Shown: in pieces, positions 43,442 through 53,438 of the stretch
How the letters are laid out: every line of letters starts with the position of its first letter
How positions within the stretch are numbered: position 1 is the first letter of the stretch
NCBI GenBank assembly: GCA_031285625.1
Contig: JAITVV010000084.1
Span: forward strand, 83,791-147,790
DNA length: 64,000 bases
Source: Prevotella sp.
GTDB lineage: Bacteria; Bacteroidota; Bacteroidia; Bacteroidales; Dysgonomonadaceae
Direction: 5' to 3'
Notes under the pieces: generated by a model
Database searches by the model: none
The model's input: only the letters and a program-made list of their open reading frames with translations
What the model was told of the DNA's origin: nothing
Program-made: the position numbers and the translations under genes

Positions 43442-44580
43442 ATGGGAATATACAGCACAAATGATATAAGTTCAATATATATTGGTGGTACTAATATAAT
43501 AAAGGTATTTGCAGGGGATATACAAGTTTTTCCTGCTGCTGTAATACCACCTGTAACAGATGAAATTGTTAAAGTAGGCTTTTCAGATGAAATTGGTTCA
43601 TCTGAAATGGTATATGTAACCCCATCAGGACAGTATATAATGGGCTTAAATAACTATGAATCCCCAAATACTTATTATACAACAAAAGTATATTCAATAA
43701 ATAATTCATTATCAACATCAAAAGCATTAACTTCTACTGCTAAACCTTATGCAGGTTCAGTTATTGGTAGTGATTTATATATTTATACCAATAACTCAAG
43801 TAATGTTGATTTTATCTATAAGTATAATGATGCAACTTCATCCTTTACCAAGATAAATTCAAGTACAACTAAGGTTATAAATAATATATTTGATATTGAT
43901 GGTGTAATATATGCTGTTGGTAATAGGTATGTATTTACCATTTCAAATAATAATTTAGTTGTATTAGCTGATACTACTACTTCCATTAATTTTTATTACG
44001 GGGTTAAAATAGGTAGTGATATTATATTTAATGCGCAAACAGGTATGTATAAATATAATGGTTCAACCACAACTAAAATATTGAATTTTGGGAGTGTATA
44101 TAAGCCATATTTCGCTAATAATAAATATTATTATCCTTATGGTTCAGGTAGTATTAGCGCATTTTATGTTATTGATGAAAATTTGATTGATAGTATTAAG
44201 TCCTTTACAGACTTTACTATTGTGAGTAGCACAAATAAGTTACCAATTCAAATGATAAATGGTGAATTATTTTTAATTGCAAAAAGTAAATCGGATAGTA
44301 AATTTTATTTATATAAATTAAATGCAGATGATACATATACACAGCTTGTACAAGTTGATTTAAGTCAAAATATTGAAATGTATTATTTTAATGATGCATT
44401 ATATGTTCAGTCAAATGATATAACTATGGTGTACTCTATAAGTATGATTTAAATACATTTAGCCATACAGTATTATTAGACGGTACACAAGGATATTATT
44501 TAAATACAATATCATTATCAACAGATGAACAAAAATTATTCCTTGATTGTGATGATGGTTGGCGATATATAAGTATATAA
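43442..44580 (+). pseudogene. Beta-propeller-like virion protein with 1-nt frameshift near 44419
   Basis: ORF 43442-44452; -1 frame 44419-44580 continues YNYGVLYKYDLNTFSHTVLL...GWRYISI*. Confidence 0.6.
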
Positions 44581-44590
44581 TATATAAATG

Positions 44591-44631
44591 AATGGTTGCA
44601 GTGATTGCAACCATTTTTTTATTTATCAATA
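44591..44631 (+). promoter_or_regulatory. Terminator plus TATCAATA cassette
   Basis: AATGGTTGCAG-tga-TTGCAACCATT, T-run, TATCAATA at 44624-44631. Confidence 0.75.
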
Positions 44632-44645
44632 TTATAAAAAATAAT

Positions 44646-45836
44646 ATGATTAATAGAGATTTACCATTATATAAATGTGAAATTAAGGATGATGATGATA
44701 CAGGTATATATGCAATGTCATTTGTTGATTATCCTGCTGTTGAAGTAGATTTTATTGCATTATCAAAGGTGTCTGAACATAAACTACACCTTAACCAAGA
44801 TAAACAAATTCTTACAGGTGCTATATTAATTCCTGACCAAATAATATATAGAAATGATAATGGATATGAATATAACATATCATTTGATGCTGACCAAATT
44901 GAAAAAATATCACATAAAATGATGAAAAATTCAATTGTTCTTCATAGCACCACACATCAACATCAATCTGAACTATCTGATAATTATTTAATTGAAATGT
45001 GGATAATTGAAGACCCTGATAATGATAAATCAAATGCATTAGGCTTTAAAAATTTACCAAAAGGGACAATGATGGCTTCATATAAGATTACTGATAATGA
45101 TTATTGGTTAAATGAAGTAAAGACAGGCAATGTAAATGGATTTAGTCTAGAAGGGTATTTTTACGACAATAAAGTTAATCTAAAAAAAGATAAAGAAAAA
45201 TTATCAATAAAAGAAAATATAGTAGAAATGCAAAAAGAAAATACAAGTTTAATAAACAGAATTTTAAAAGCAATTAATATGTCAATGGATGAAGTTGATT
45301 CAAAAGATGTAACTGAATCTGGTAAAAACTTTAAAGAATTTACATTGAAAGATGGTAAAGTGATTAAAGTTGATGAAGAAGGATTTGCAACTATTGATGG
45401 TGAACAAGCTCCAAGCGGTGAACATATCTTATCTGATGATGCTGTAATTGTAATTAATGCAGAAGGGTATATGGTTGAAACAGTTGAAGAAGTAAAGAGT
45501 GAAGAACCTGCTACTGCTGAAACTGAATTAGCTGATGAAACACCTGCTGATGAACCAAAATCAGAAGATGCACCTGTTGAAAAATTCAAAGTTGAAATTG
45601 ATGGTACTGAATATGAAGTTGATGAAGCGGTTGCAAATTATATTGCTGCTTTACAAGCTGAAATAGCCTCTCTTACAGAAGATAAGACAGCAACAGATGC
45701 TGAATTAGCTACATTGAAGAAAAATACACCAAGTGCTTCACCTATTAATGTGAACGCAAACAAAAATGAAAAAAAATATACTGAAATGAGTAGAGCAGAA
45801 CAAATTGCTTACCAAATGAGAAGTGTATTAAAATAA
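44646..45836 (+). CDS. Prohead protease (XkdF-like serine protease) fused to scaffold domain
   Basis: SFVDYPAVE, GAILIPD, H, GFSLEG; acidic/coiled-coil C-half; precedes capsid. Confidence 0.85.
   Translation: MINRDLPLYKCEIKDDDDTGIYAMSFVDYPAVEVDFIALSKVSEHKLHLNQDKQILTGAILIPDQIIYRNDNGYEYNISFDADQIEKISHKMMKNSIVLHSTTHQHQSELSDNYLIEMWIIEDPDNDKSNALGFKNLPKGTMMASYKITDNDYWLNEVKTGNVNGFSLEGYFYDNKVNLKKDKEKLSIKENIVEMQKENTSLINRILKAINMSMDEVDSKDVTESGKNFKEFTLKDGKVIKVDEEGFATIDGEQAPSGEHILSDDAVIVINAEGYMVETVEEVKSEEPATAETELADETPADEPKSEDAPVEKFKVEIDGTEYEVDEAVANYIAALQAEIASLTEDKTATDAELATLKKNTPSASPINVNANKNEKKYTEMSRAEQIAYQMRSVLK
45228..45836 (+). CDS. Nested in-frame scaffolding protein (202 aa)
   Basis: Internal TATCAATA at 45202-45209, 18 nt before in-frame ATG at the domain boundary. 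Confidence 0.6.
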   Translation: MQKENTSLINRILKAINMSMDEVDSKDVTESGKNFKEFTLKDGKVIKVDEEGFATIDGEQAPSGEHILSDDAVIVINAEGYMVETVEEVKSEEPATAETELADETPADEPKSEDAPVEKFKVEIDGTEYEVDEAVANYIAALQAEIASLTEDKTATDAELATLKKNTPSASPINVNANKNEKKYTEMSRAEQIAYQMRSVLK

Positions 45837-45890
45837 TAATTTTTTTAATTATCAATAATTAAAATATAAAGAAAAATATAATAAAATAAG

Positions 45891-46811
45891 ATGGCAATAG
45901 ATTTAACAACTACAACTTATCAACCAAAGAGAGAATTAGATTTCTTTACCAAGTTGATGTTTAATAACAAAACATCTGAACACGTGCGTATTATACCAAA
46001 TGTAAAATATGAAACACTATTAAATATATCTGATATTACAGATGATTTGCTACAATTTGATGGTGCAGGTGTTGATTGTGGATGGACACCTTCAGGTGAT
46101 GTAAAATTCAGTGAAAGAGTACTTAAAGTAGTACCATTCAAAATTAATTTTGAGCAATGTTTAAAGGATTTTGAAGGAACTTGGTTAGGTGAAGCAATGA
46201 AACCAGGTGCAAATTTAGGTGAAATGCCTATTGAGGCTAATGAACAAATTGTTTTCCTTTTAGGTAAAAAAATTGGTAAAGAAATTGAAAATAAAGTTTG
46301 GAATGCTGTGGCTTCTGCAACTTCAAATGATGGTTTCTTAAACATTTTGGCAACTGCAACTGATACTAATGCAGTAGCAGGTGTGAGTTTAACAAAAGCT
46401 AATGTTTTGGGTGAGATGGAAAAAGTTTACTTAGCACAAACTGCTGATGTAATTGGCGGTTCACAAGAAGGAAATTTAAAATTCTATGTTGGTACATTAA
46501 CTTCTCAAATAATTAGATTGGCTTTGGGTGATGCTTCAAATCAAACAATTGCTTCAAATTGGGTTGCTGATGCAAATGGTTTAAAATATATGGGTTATGA
46601 TGTTGTTGCATTGAATGCAATACCTGCTAACACTATTGTATTTGCAAACCAAACTAATTTAGCTTATGGTACTGACTTGATTTCAGATGAAACTGAATTA
46701 AAAATTGGTATGTTCCCTGAACCTAATGAAGATATGTATTTTGCAAAAGGTCGTTTGAAACTTGGTGTACAAGTTGGATTCCCTGATGAAGTAGTTTACT
46801 ACCATTCATAA
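45891..46811 (+). CDS. Major capsid protein
   Basis: 306 aa after protease/scaffold; CGWTP.G, NLAYGTDL motifs. Confidence 0.85.
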   Translation: MAIDLTTTTYQPKRELDFFTKLMFNNKTSEHVRIIPNVKYETLLNISDITDDLLQFDGAGVDCGWTPSGDVKFSERVLKVVPFKINFEQCLKDFEGTWLGEAMKPGANLGEMPIEANEQIVFLLGKKIGKEIENKVWNAVASATSNDGFLNILATATDTNAVAGVSLTKANVLGEMEKVYLAQTADVIGGSQEGNLKFYVGTLTSQIIRLALGDASNQTIASNWVADANGLKYMGYDVVALNAIPANTIVFANQTNLAYGTDLISDETELKIGMFPEPNEDMYFAKGRLKLGVQVGFPDEVVYYHS

Positions 46812-46826
46812 TCAAATAATATAATA

Positions 46827-46854
46827 TATGGGGGATATGAATAATATCCCCATA
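46827..46854 (+). promoter_or_regulatory. Hairpin between capsid and tail-tube genes
   Basis: TATGGGGGATAT-gaata-ATATCCCCATA; no T-run. Confidence 0.5.
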
Positions 46855-46896
46855 ATATTAAAACTGAATAATAAAATTAAAAAAATATAATACAAA

Positions 46897-47451
46897 ATGG
46901 GATGTTTAATAACAAATGGTATAGTAAAGTCTTGTGATTACTCTGTAAGTGGTATTCAAAGAGTTTATATTACCAATTTCAATAAAGATACCACTTATAC
47001 CAATGATACTGATAGTGATGCTATTGCTACTATAACATTAGGAGACCCGACTGATAAGTATTTTTATTTTGAACCGCTTGATAATACTGCCTTCTTTCAA
47101 GATGATTTAACAGTAGGTTCAAATGGTACCAAATATCGTACTCATACAGTTACCCTATTGTTAGATGGTAATGTATATGACTACAACAAGGTGGCTACTG
47201 CATTAGACCTAGGTAAATTTACTGTAGTAACAGTTGATGCATCAGTTGATAGTGTTGGTTCAGGTGCTGTAAGAATGTTTGGTAGAATGAATGGTTTATC
47301 GGCAACAGCTAATAACTTGGCAAGTGGTACAGCAGTAGGTGATTCAAAGGCTTGGACTTTGACATTGGTTGGTACACAAGGTGAATTACACCAAATATTG
47401 GAAGATGAATCAGTTGTAACTGCATTGCTTCCATCTACAACTACTCCATAA
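46897..47451 (+). CDS. Major tail (tube) protein
   Basis: MGC...C..SVSGI..VY N-terminus; SGTA.GD...WTLTL.G C-terminus. Confidence 0.7.
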   Translation: MGCLITNGIVKSCDYSVSGIQRVYITNFNKDTTYTNDTDSDAIATITLGDPTDKYFYFEPLDNTAFFQDDLTVGSNGTKYRTHTVTLLLDGNVYDYNKVATALDLGKFTVVTVDASVDSVGSGAVRMFGRMNGLSATANNLASGTAVGDSKAWTLTLVGTQGELHQILEDESVVTALLPSTTTP

Positions 47452-47477
47452 TTTAAAAAAATTTAAATTAAAATATT

Positions 47478-47537
47478 AAATGAATAATACAATTAAGTAT
47501 TATTCATTTTTTTATGTATATACCACAAATATCAATA
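47478..47537 (+). promoter_or_regulatory. Terminator plus TATCAATA cassette
   Basis: AAATGAATAATAC-aattaa-GTATTATTCATTT, TTTTATGTATAT, TATCAATA at 47530-47537. Confidence 0.78.
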
Positions 47538-47552
47538 TTATAAAATTATAAT

Positions 47553-49298
47553 ATGATAGATTGTATTGTTGATAAAGATATATTGAATGGCTGTAATTAT
47601 GATTATGCAGGTATAGATAAGATATATTTGTTACCATTTGATGAGTTCCAAGCATTGGAAGAAAGACCAAAATATTCAGCATTTAATAATTCATTTGATA
47701 ATTCATTTATGATTGGTAATGGTGTTTATTATACTAATATATTATCAACCACAAAATTTATTGAACTACAAGCTGATGATACTTCTACATTCAGGAATGT
47801 ATTCAACTCACATTATTATAATCAAACATTAACAACCAAAGTAAGACGAATTGACCAAGAATTGGATAATATGTTATCCAAGAATAAGAATAAAAAATTC
47901 ATTGTGGTGGTATTTCCAACTATAAATAATAAGATATGGGAGACATTTAATAATGTCCAATCACTTACATCAACATTTTGTTTTTTTATGGGTGTTGAAA
48001 ATGGTTGTAGTTGGACAATTCAATATGATGTTGAACAAAAAAATAGTAGTTCAGCATATACAATACAATTTCAAACTAATTCATATCAAGGTTTATCAGT
48101 AATTGAAGATATTGATTATAAATCATTAATAACTGATAATGTTATTGATTATAAATTCATTCCAAAGGAATATATATGTGTTGGTAATACTAATTATGAG
48201 GTGGCTATGTATGCTGTTGCTGTTACCAATGACAGGAATCAACAAGCAGTAGATGAAAATGGTGAATTATGCTCTATAAGTGGTCTTAAACAGGCTGCAT
48301 ATACTTATAGTGATGTTGCTACCTATGAAGATTATATTATTGCGGATTTGGCTGACTATGATGTTATTGGTGTATATGAACTTGATGCAATATTTGAAGG
48401 TAAAAAAGTTAAAAGATATAACACAACTTGTTATAATTTTTATAATCTTCAATTATATTTTACTGATAATCAAACTGAAACTTCATTGGATGAACTATAT
48501 GACTTTGAAGGTGAAAATAGGGTATATAACATTACTTGTGTTGGTAAATCAGGTAAATATACTGCAACATCTTCTACAACGTGGTTAAGAACATCTATTA
48601 GTGCTGATAATAAATTAACTATATCAATTGATGAGAATGAAGATGATTCACGCAGTGGTACTGTTACCCTTGTTCATAATGATGATTCAACGTTAAAATT
48701 AACCATCAATGTTACACAGGCAAAAAATATAATAATTATTCCTGAATTTGATTATTTGGTATTCAGATATTTTTGGGCTGATACCGATGGTAGAGACTTA
48801 GATACTTCAACAGGTTATATTAATACAGGTATCACATTTGATGATACTACACAACTTGATAACTCACCTGTTGGTTGGTCAATGGCAGGTAATTATAATA
48901 CCAATGTACAAAATTATATTCAATTCGCAGGTGATAATACAGGTTCAGGTAATGAGTGTGTATTTATTACTATGAATACTTTAGTTGAACAATATGATAA
49001 TATTCCTGATGTGGTTAATATAGATGTATATGCTAATTGGTTTGGCTCTCGATTGACAGGTAATTGTAAATTTGAATTAACAGCCTATAAAGGTGGTGCA
49101 ATGGTTCAAGATGGATATAATTATGATAATGTTGGTGGTGAAGAAGTATTAATTACTGTTGTGAATGTAAATATTGCAACATCAGGTAGTGGCAAAGCAA
49201 GCACATATAAGACTGATTATAGCAAAATTGGGCAAATTCAATATAATAAATTGAAAAGAAATGCACAATATGTTATTGATGCTCCAATAGTTTATTAA
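47553..49298 (+). CDS. Tail-tube-like protein with BACON-type Ig domain
   Basis: N-terminus resembles 46897 protein; WL...LTISIDEN....RSGTVTL....INVTQ. Confidence 0.65.
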   Translation: MIDCIVDKDILNGCNYDYAGIDKIYLLPFDEFQALEERPKYSAFNNSFDNSFMIGNGVYYTNILSTTKFIELQADDTSTFRNVFNSHYYNQTLTTKVRRIDQELDNMLSKNKNKKFIVVVFPTINNKIWETFNNVQSLTSTFCFFMGVENGCSWTIQYDVEQKNSSSAYTIQFQTNSYQGLSVIEDIDYKSLITDNVIDYKFIPKEYICVGNTNYEVAMYAVAVTNDRNQQAVDENGELCSISGLKQAAYTYSDVATYEDYIIADLADYDVIGVYELDAIFEGKKVKRYNTTCYNFYNLQLYFTDNQTETSLDELYDFEGENRVYNITCVGKSGKYTATSSTTWLRTSISADNKLTISIDENEDDSRSGTVTLVHNDDSTLKLTINVTQAKNIIIIPEFDYLVFRYFWADTDGRDLDTSTGYINTGITFDDTTQLDNSPVGWSMAGNYNTNVQNYIQFAGDNTGSGNECVFITMNTLVEQYDNIPDVVNIDVYANWFGSRLTGNCKFELTAYKGGAMVQDGYNYDNVGGEEVLITVVNVNIATSGSGKASTYKTDYSKIGQIQYNKLKRNAQYVIDAPIVY

Positions 49299-49300
49299 AT

Positions 49301-49636
49301 ATGAAAATTATATATAATAATATATTACCACCAAAGGGTTATATAGGCATTAATTTATTTGGTTTATTATTTGTCCGAAATAATACAAACATTTCGGACA
49401 AATTGATTAATCACGAAAATATACATACCCATCAGATGAAAGAATTAGGTTATATTTTCTTCTATATATTATATATTATTGAGTTTATTTTTAGATTAAT
49501 TCAATATAGAAATTGGGATAAAGCATATAGGAACATATCATTTGAAAGAGAAGCTTATGATAATGATGATAACTTTTCTTATCTGTCATATCGCAAATTT
49601 TTTTCATTTATAAACTACTTAAATATCAATAAATAA
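49301..49636 (+). CDS. Conserved phage HExxH protein
   Basis: INHENIH..QMKEL and AYRNISFEREAY. Confidence 0.7.
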   Translation: MKIIYNNILPPKGYIGINLFGLLFVRNNTNISDKLINHENIHTHQMKELGYIFFYILYIIEFIFRLIQYRNWDKAYRNISFEREAYDNDDNFSYLSYRKFFSFINYLNINK

Positions 49637-49646
49637 AATTGATATA

Positions 49647-50690
49647 ATGAGTAAAGCAAGTGTAACACAAACTATCATTGATAATGTATATGATAATACT
49701 GATAATGAAGTAACAGGTGGAATGGTTCAAACTGCAATGATAGCCATTGTAAATGATGAATATACAGCATTAGCGACAAAACAAGATAAATTAGTATCAG
49801 GAACGAATATTAAAACAGTAGGTGGTACATCATTATTAGGTAGTGGTAATATAGCATTGTCAGCAGGTACAGTTGGGGCATATTCCAAGACTGAAATTGA
49901 TTCACTTTTAAACACAAAAGTAGCCAAAACAACAACTGTTAATGGTAAAGCCTTATCAGGTAATATAACATTGGCTGCTGCTGATGTAAGTGCATTACCA
50001 TCTACAACTACATATGCAGGTTCTTCAACTGTTGGTGGTGCTGCAACATCGGCAAATAAAGTTAATTCAACATTAACAATTCAACAAAATGGAACATCAG
50101 CAGGTACATTTAATGGTTCTGCTGCAACCACAATAAATATCACACCAACAGGAATAGGAGCATATACCAAGGCACAAGTTGATACAGCATTAGCAGCTAA
50201 ACAAGCTACATTGGTATCAGGAACGAATATTAAAACTATTAATGGTGTTACATTATTAGGTACAGGTGATATAGCATTATCAACATCAGGTAGTTATTTA
50301 CCATTAGCAGGTGGAACATTAACAGGTGCATTAAATGGCACTACTGCTACATTAACAGGTAATGTTACAGCTCTTGGTTTTTATCAATCGTCAGATAAAA
50401 GATTTAAGAAGAATATTAAAAATATTGAAGCATATGATATAATTGATAAGGTTGATAATATTAAATTTAAATCATTTGATTGGATTAAGGATAATAAAGA
50501 AGATATTGGTGTTATTGCACAAGATGTTGAACAATATTTACCTGAATTAATTAATGTTAATGAAGATGGTTATTTGTCAGTTAACTATGTTAAATTACTT
50601 ATTATGAAAAATATAGTAATGGAAAAAAAGATTGATGACCTTCAAAATATATTAAATAAATTAATAGTTAGATTATATGGCAATCAGTAA
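49647..50690 (+). CDS. Tail fibre with C-terminal intramolecular chaperone (peptidase S74-like)
   Basis: SDKRFKKNI..GVIAQDV..PEL..VNY; duplicated KQxxLVSGTNIKT. Confidence 0.85.
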   Translation: MSKASVTQTIIDNVYDNTDNEVTGGMVQTAMIAIVNDEYTALATKQDKLVSGTNIKTVGGTSLLGSGNIALSAGTVGAYSKTEIDSLLNTKVAKTTTVNGKALSGNITLAAADVSALPSTTTYAGSSTVGGAATSANKVNSTLTIQQNGTSAGTFNGSAATTINITPTGIGAYTKAQVDTALAAKQATLVSGTNIKTINGVTLLGTGDIALSTSGSYLPLAGGTLTGALNGTTATLTGNVTALGFYQSSDKRFKKNIKNIEAYDIIDKVDNIKFKSFDWIKDNKEDIGVIAQDVEQYLPELINVNEDGYLSVNYVKLLIMKNIVMEKKIDDLQNILNKLIVRLYGNQ

Positions 50691-51303
50691 AATAGCAACT
50701 TGGGAAGATATTGATGATTTAATAGATAGTATACCAAGTGGTACAACATATAATCAATGTCCTACATATTCTAAAATAATAGCATTATCAGGTGTTACAG
50801 TATCAGGAACTTATGCAGATAATCAATTAGTAGCATATAGTGATATATCATACGTTTCTCCTGTAGTTATGCGTACTGTAACTAATAGTAATTATACATT
50901 TGCATATATTAATGAATTGGATGATTATATAAATAATGGTACTTGTTCAGTTACAGCAACATTTTCAATTGATGGTAGTGATGATGTGACTGTCATTATT
51001 GCTGATATATATATTGATACTCCTATTAGTTCAATTGGTAATGAACATTTTGTTAGTAGTAGACCAATGTCTATACCTAATGGGGCAACATTAAAGAGTT
51101 TATCTATTACAGGTAATATAGGTTCAACACAAACATCAACTGCATTAAAGTTAACTACATCAGGTGAATTAAGTTTAAGTTCATCACAAGTGAGTACAGG
51201 AACAAATACACCAACAAATGTATTAATGTTAGATAATATTGGTTATGCATTACCTGATGGTGATTATACAATGACATTAAATGTGACAGTTTCAGTTTAT
51301 TAA
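50677..51303 (+). CDS. Putative virion/fibre-associated protein
   Basis: Ser/Thr-rich beta protein overlapping the fibre gene. Confidence 0.55.
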   Translation: MAISKIATWEDIDDLIDSIPSGTTYNQCPTYSKIIALSGVTVSGTYADNQLVAYSDISYVSPVVMRTVTNSNYTFAYINELDDYINNGTCSVTATFSIDGSDDVTVIIADIYIDTPISSIGNEHFVSSRPMSIPNGATLKSLSITGNIGSTQTSTALKLTTSGELSLSSSQVSTGTNTPTNVLMLDNIGYALPDGDYTMTLNVTVSVY

Positions 51304-51347
51304 TTTTTTTATATCATATAAAATATCAATATGATAAATATTTGATA

Positions 51348-52517
51348 ATGGCAAGAATTAAAGCTATACAAAAACTATCATATTCGACTATTAAATTATC
51401 TGATAATATTCCTGCGTACCCAACATTTAAATATGATATGGGTAAAGGTTTTGTTAAATTTGGAAAGAAAAATCTATTCCCTCAGGAATTGCTTGATATA
51501 ACAGCAGCTTCACCAATCAATAGTTCAATAATCAAATCTAAATCTATATATACATTAGGTATGGGTGTTGATACTACCAAATTTGTAGGACAACCAAATT
51601 TTAAACAATCTTGGAATCAATTCTTAGATAGATTAATATTGGATTATATAACATTTGGTGGGTATTCATTTCAGATTATTCTTAATGAAGATGGTAAATC
51701 AGTTAGTTTATTCCATCAAGATTTTTCAACTGTTAGGTGTGGTGAATATGATGAGTTTGGAACTATTCATAATTATTACATTTCAAACGATTATACTAAA
51801 TCAAATATTGCAGCAATACAATTACCTGCGTGGAATGGTTTTAAACAAGCCACCAAAGGACAACCATACTTATTTGTGTATAATAATTATGTTCAAAATA
51901 TGCCTTATTATACTTTGCCTGAATGGTATTCGGCTATTAACTATGTTGATGCTGATGGTCAATTAGGTAAGTTCTATAATAATGCGATAAATAATAATTT
52001 TATGCCTTCTATTATGCTACAAATGCCATCTGACCCTTCACCTGAAGAAAAAGATGCTTTTGAACATAATTTGGTTAATACATTTAGTGGGGTTGAGAAA
52101 GTGAATAAAATATTGGTGATGTGGAATCAATCCATAGATAACCCAATTAAAATTGAAAAATTTGAGGCAAGTAGCAATACAAACCTATATAATACTATTG
52201 ATGAAAAAATAACACAGAAGATAATTACAGCACATAGATTAACTTCACCTACATTAGCAGGTCTATCAGGTAGTGGTAATTTAAGCGGTAATGCTAATGA
52301 GATAATTGATTCAATGATATTGTTCAACTACTCAGTTATTTTAAATTATCGTATTAATATCTTGAATGGTGTTAATCAATTTGTTAGAAACAATTATAAT
52401 ACAGAACTTTCATTTATTGATTTACCAATAGTTGATAAAATCAAAGAATTGAATCAAACCCAAACCAAAGAAGAAATAGTTGAAGATATAAATGAAAATT
52501 TAAAAAAATTAAAATAA
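51348..52517 (+). CDS. Portal protein
   Basis: FG.KNLFPQ.L, YYTLPEW.SA, NNFMPS, IITAHRLTSP. Confidence 0.8.
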   Translation: MARIKAIQKLSYSTIKLSDNIPAYPTFKYDMGKGFVKFGKKNLFPQELLDITAASPINSSIIKSKSIYTLGMGVDTTKFVGQPNFKQSWNQFLDRLILDYITFGGYSFQIILNEDGKSVSLFHQDFSTVRCGEYDEFGTIHNYYISNDYTKSNIAAIQLPAWNGFKQATKGQPYLFVYNNYVQNMPYYTLPEWYSAINYVDADGQLGKFYNNAINNNFMPSIMLQMPSDPSPEEKDAFEHNLVNTFSGVEKVNKILVMWNQSIDNPIKIEKFEASSNTNLYNTIDEKITQKIITAHRLTSPTLAGLSGSGNLSGNANEIIDSMILFNYSVILNYRINILNGVNQFVRNNYNTELSFIDLPIVDKIKELNQTQTKEEIVEDINENLKKLK

Positions 52518-53072
52518 ATGGAAATAGTATTAATCACTGAACAATTACTGAAAGATAATTCACCAATATCTAATAATGTGGATATTACAGATATTGTACC
52601 ATATATTTCTATTGCACAAAAATTACATATTAATAAAATTCTTGGCACTGCATTATTAACTGAATTGGAAGACCAAATATATAATAATACATTAACCACT
52701 GAGAATAGTGATTTAATTATGAAAATTGTTCCTGCCTTATCATATTGGGTCTGTTATCAGGCTCTACCATTCCATTGGTATAAATGGTTAAATAAGGGTA
52801 TAACGACATTAGATTCTGAAAATTCCAATGCTACAACAATGAAAGATATGGCACAATTAAGATTATATCTTAAAGATGATGCGCAAACACTTACACAAGA
52901 TTTAATTGATTTCTTATGTGAATGTAAGGTTAATTATCCATTATGGATGCCTAATCAAGATTGTGGTTGTGGCTGTGATGATAAAGATGAGAATGGACAA
53001 AGTAGATTAAAATGGGATAGTGGTATTAATTTTTTAAACCATCATTCACGCCGTGGTATTGGTAATTTTTAA
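52518..53072 (+). CDS. Head-tail connector/adaptor protein
   Basis: PI..NVD..DI.PYI..AQ...I..ILG motif; follows portal. Confidence 0.65.
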   Translation: MEIVLITEQLLKDNSPISNNVDITDIVPYISIAQKLHINKILGTALLTELEDQIYNNTLTTENSDLIMKIVPALSYWVCYQALPFHWYKWLNKGITTLDSENSNATTMKDMAQLRLYLKDDAQTLTQDLIDFLCECKVNYPLWMPNQDCGCGCDDKDENGQSRLKWDSGINFLNHHSRRGIGNF

Positions 53073-53109
53073 TTAAATTATTATCAATAATATAAACAAA
53101 TAAACAAAA

Positions 53110-53352
53110 TTGAAAGACAAGATACTATACCAATTTATTATATCATCAGTACTTATATTAGTTGGATGCTTTTTACTTATTGCAGGTTTATTTATACCAC
53201 CTATTGGTATAATAGATAATTCAGTGCTTATTGCTTTCGGCGAGATATTAACCTTCGTGGGTGCTTTATTTGGGATAGATTACAGGTATAAATATCAAAT
53301 CTTTATGGCTGACAAAAAAAAAGATAAAGAAAATACTTCAGTTGAACAATGA
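53110..53352 (+). CDS. Holin-like membrane protein
   Basis: Two TM helices, PP.G.ID.SVL..FGE.LTF.GA motif; TATCAATA at 53082-53089. Confidence 0.65.
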   Translation: MKDKILYQFIISSVLILVGCFLLIAGLFIPPIGIIDNSVLIAFGEILTFVGALFGIDYRYKYQIFMADKKKDKENTSVEQ

Positions 53353-53438
53353 TTTTTAAATATTTTAAAAGGTTATGGTAAAGCGCAACCATCAGATTTA
53401 AATTTAAATATAATCATATATACATTATTGAAGAAGTT

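Noticed and set aside
29958-47537. Intergenic palindromic repeats as CRISPR array or integron attC sites
   Set aside because: Spacers are whole genes; no cas genes, tyrosine integron integrase or GTTRRRY cores
40495-51303. Diversity-generating retroelement or invertase shufflon acting on fibres
   Set aside because: No reverse transcriptase, template/variable repeat pair or small invertase; all fibre genes on one strand
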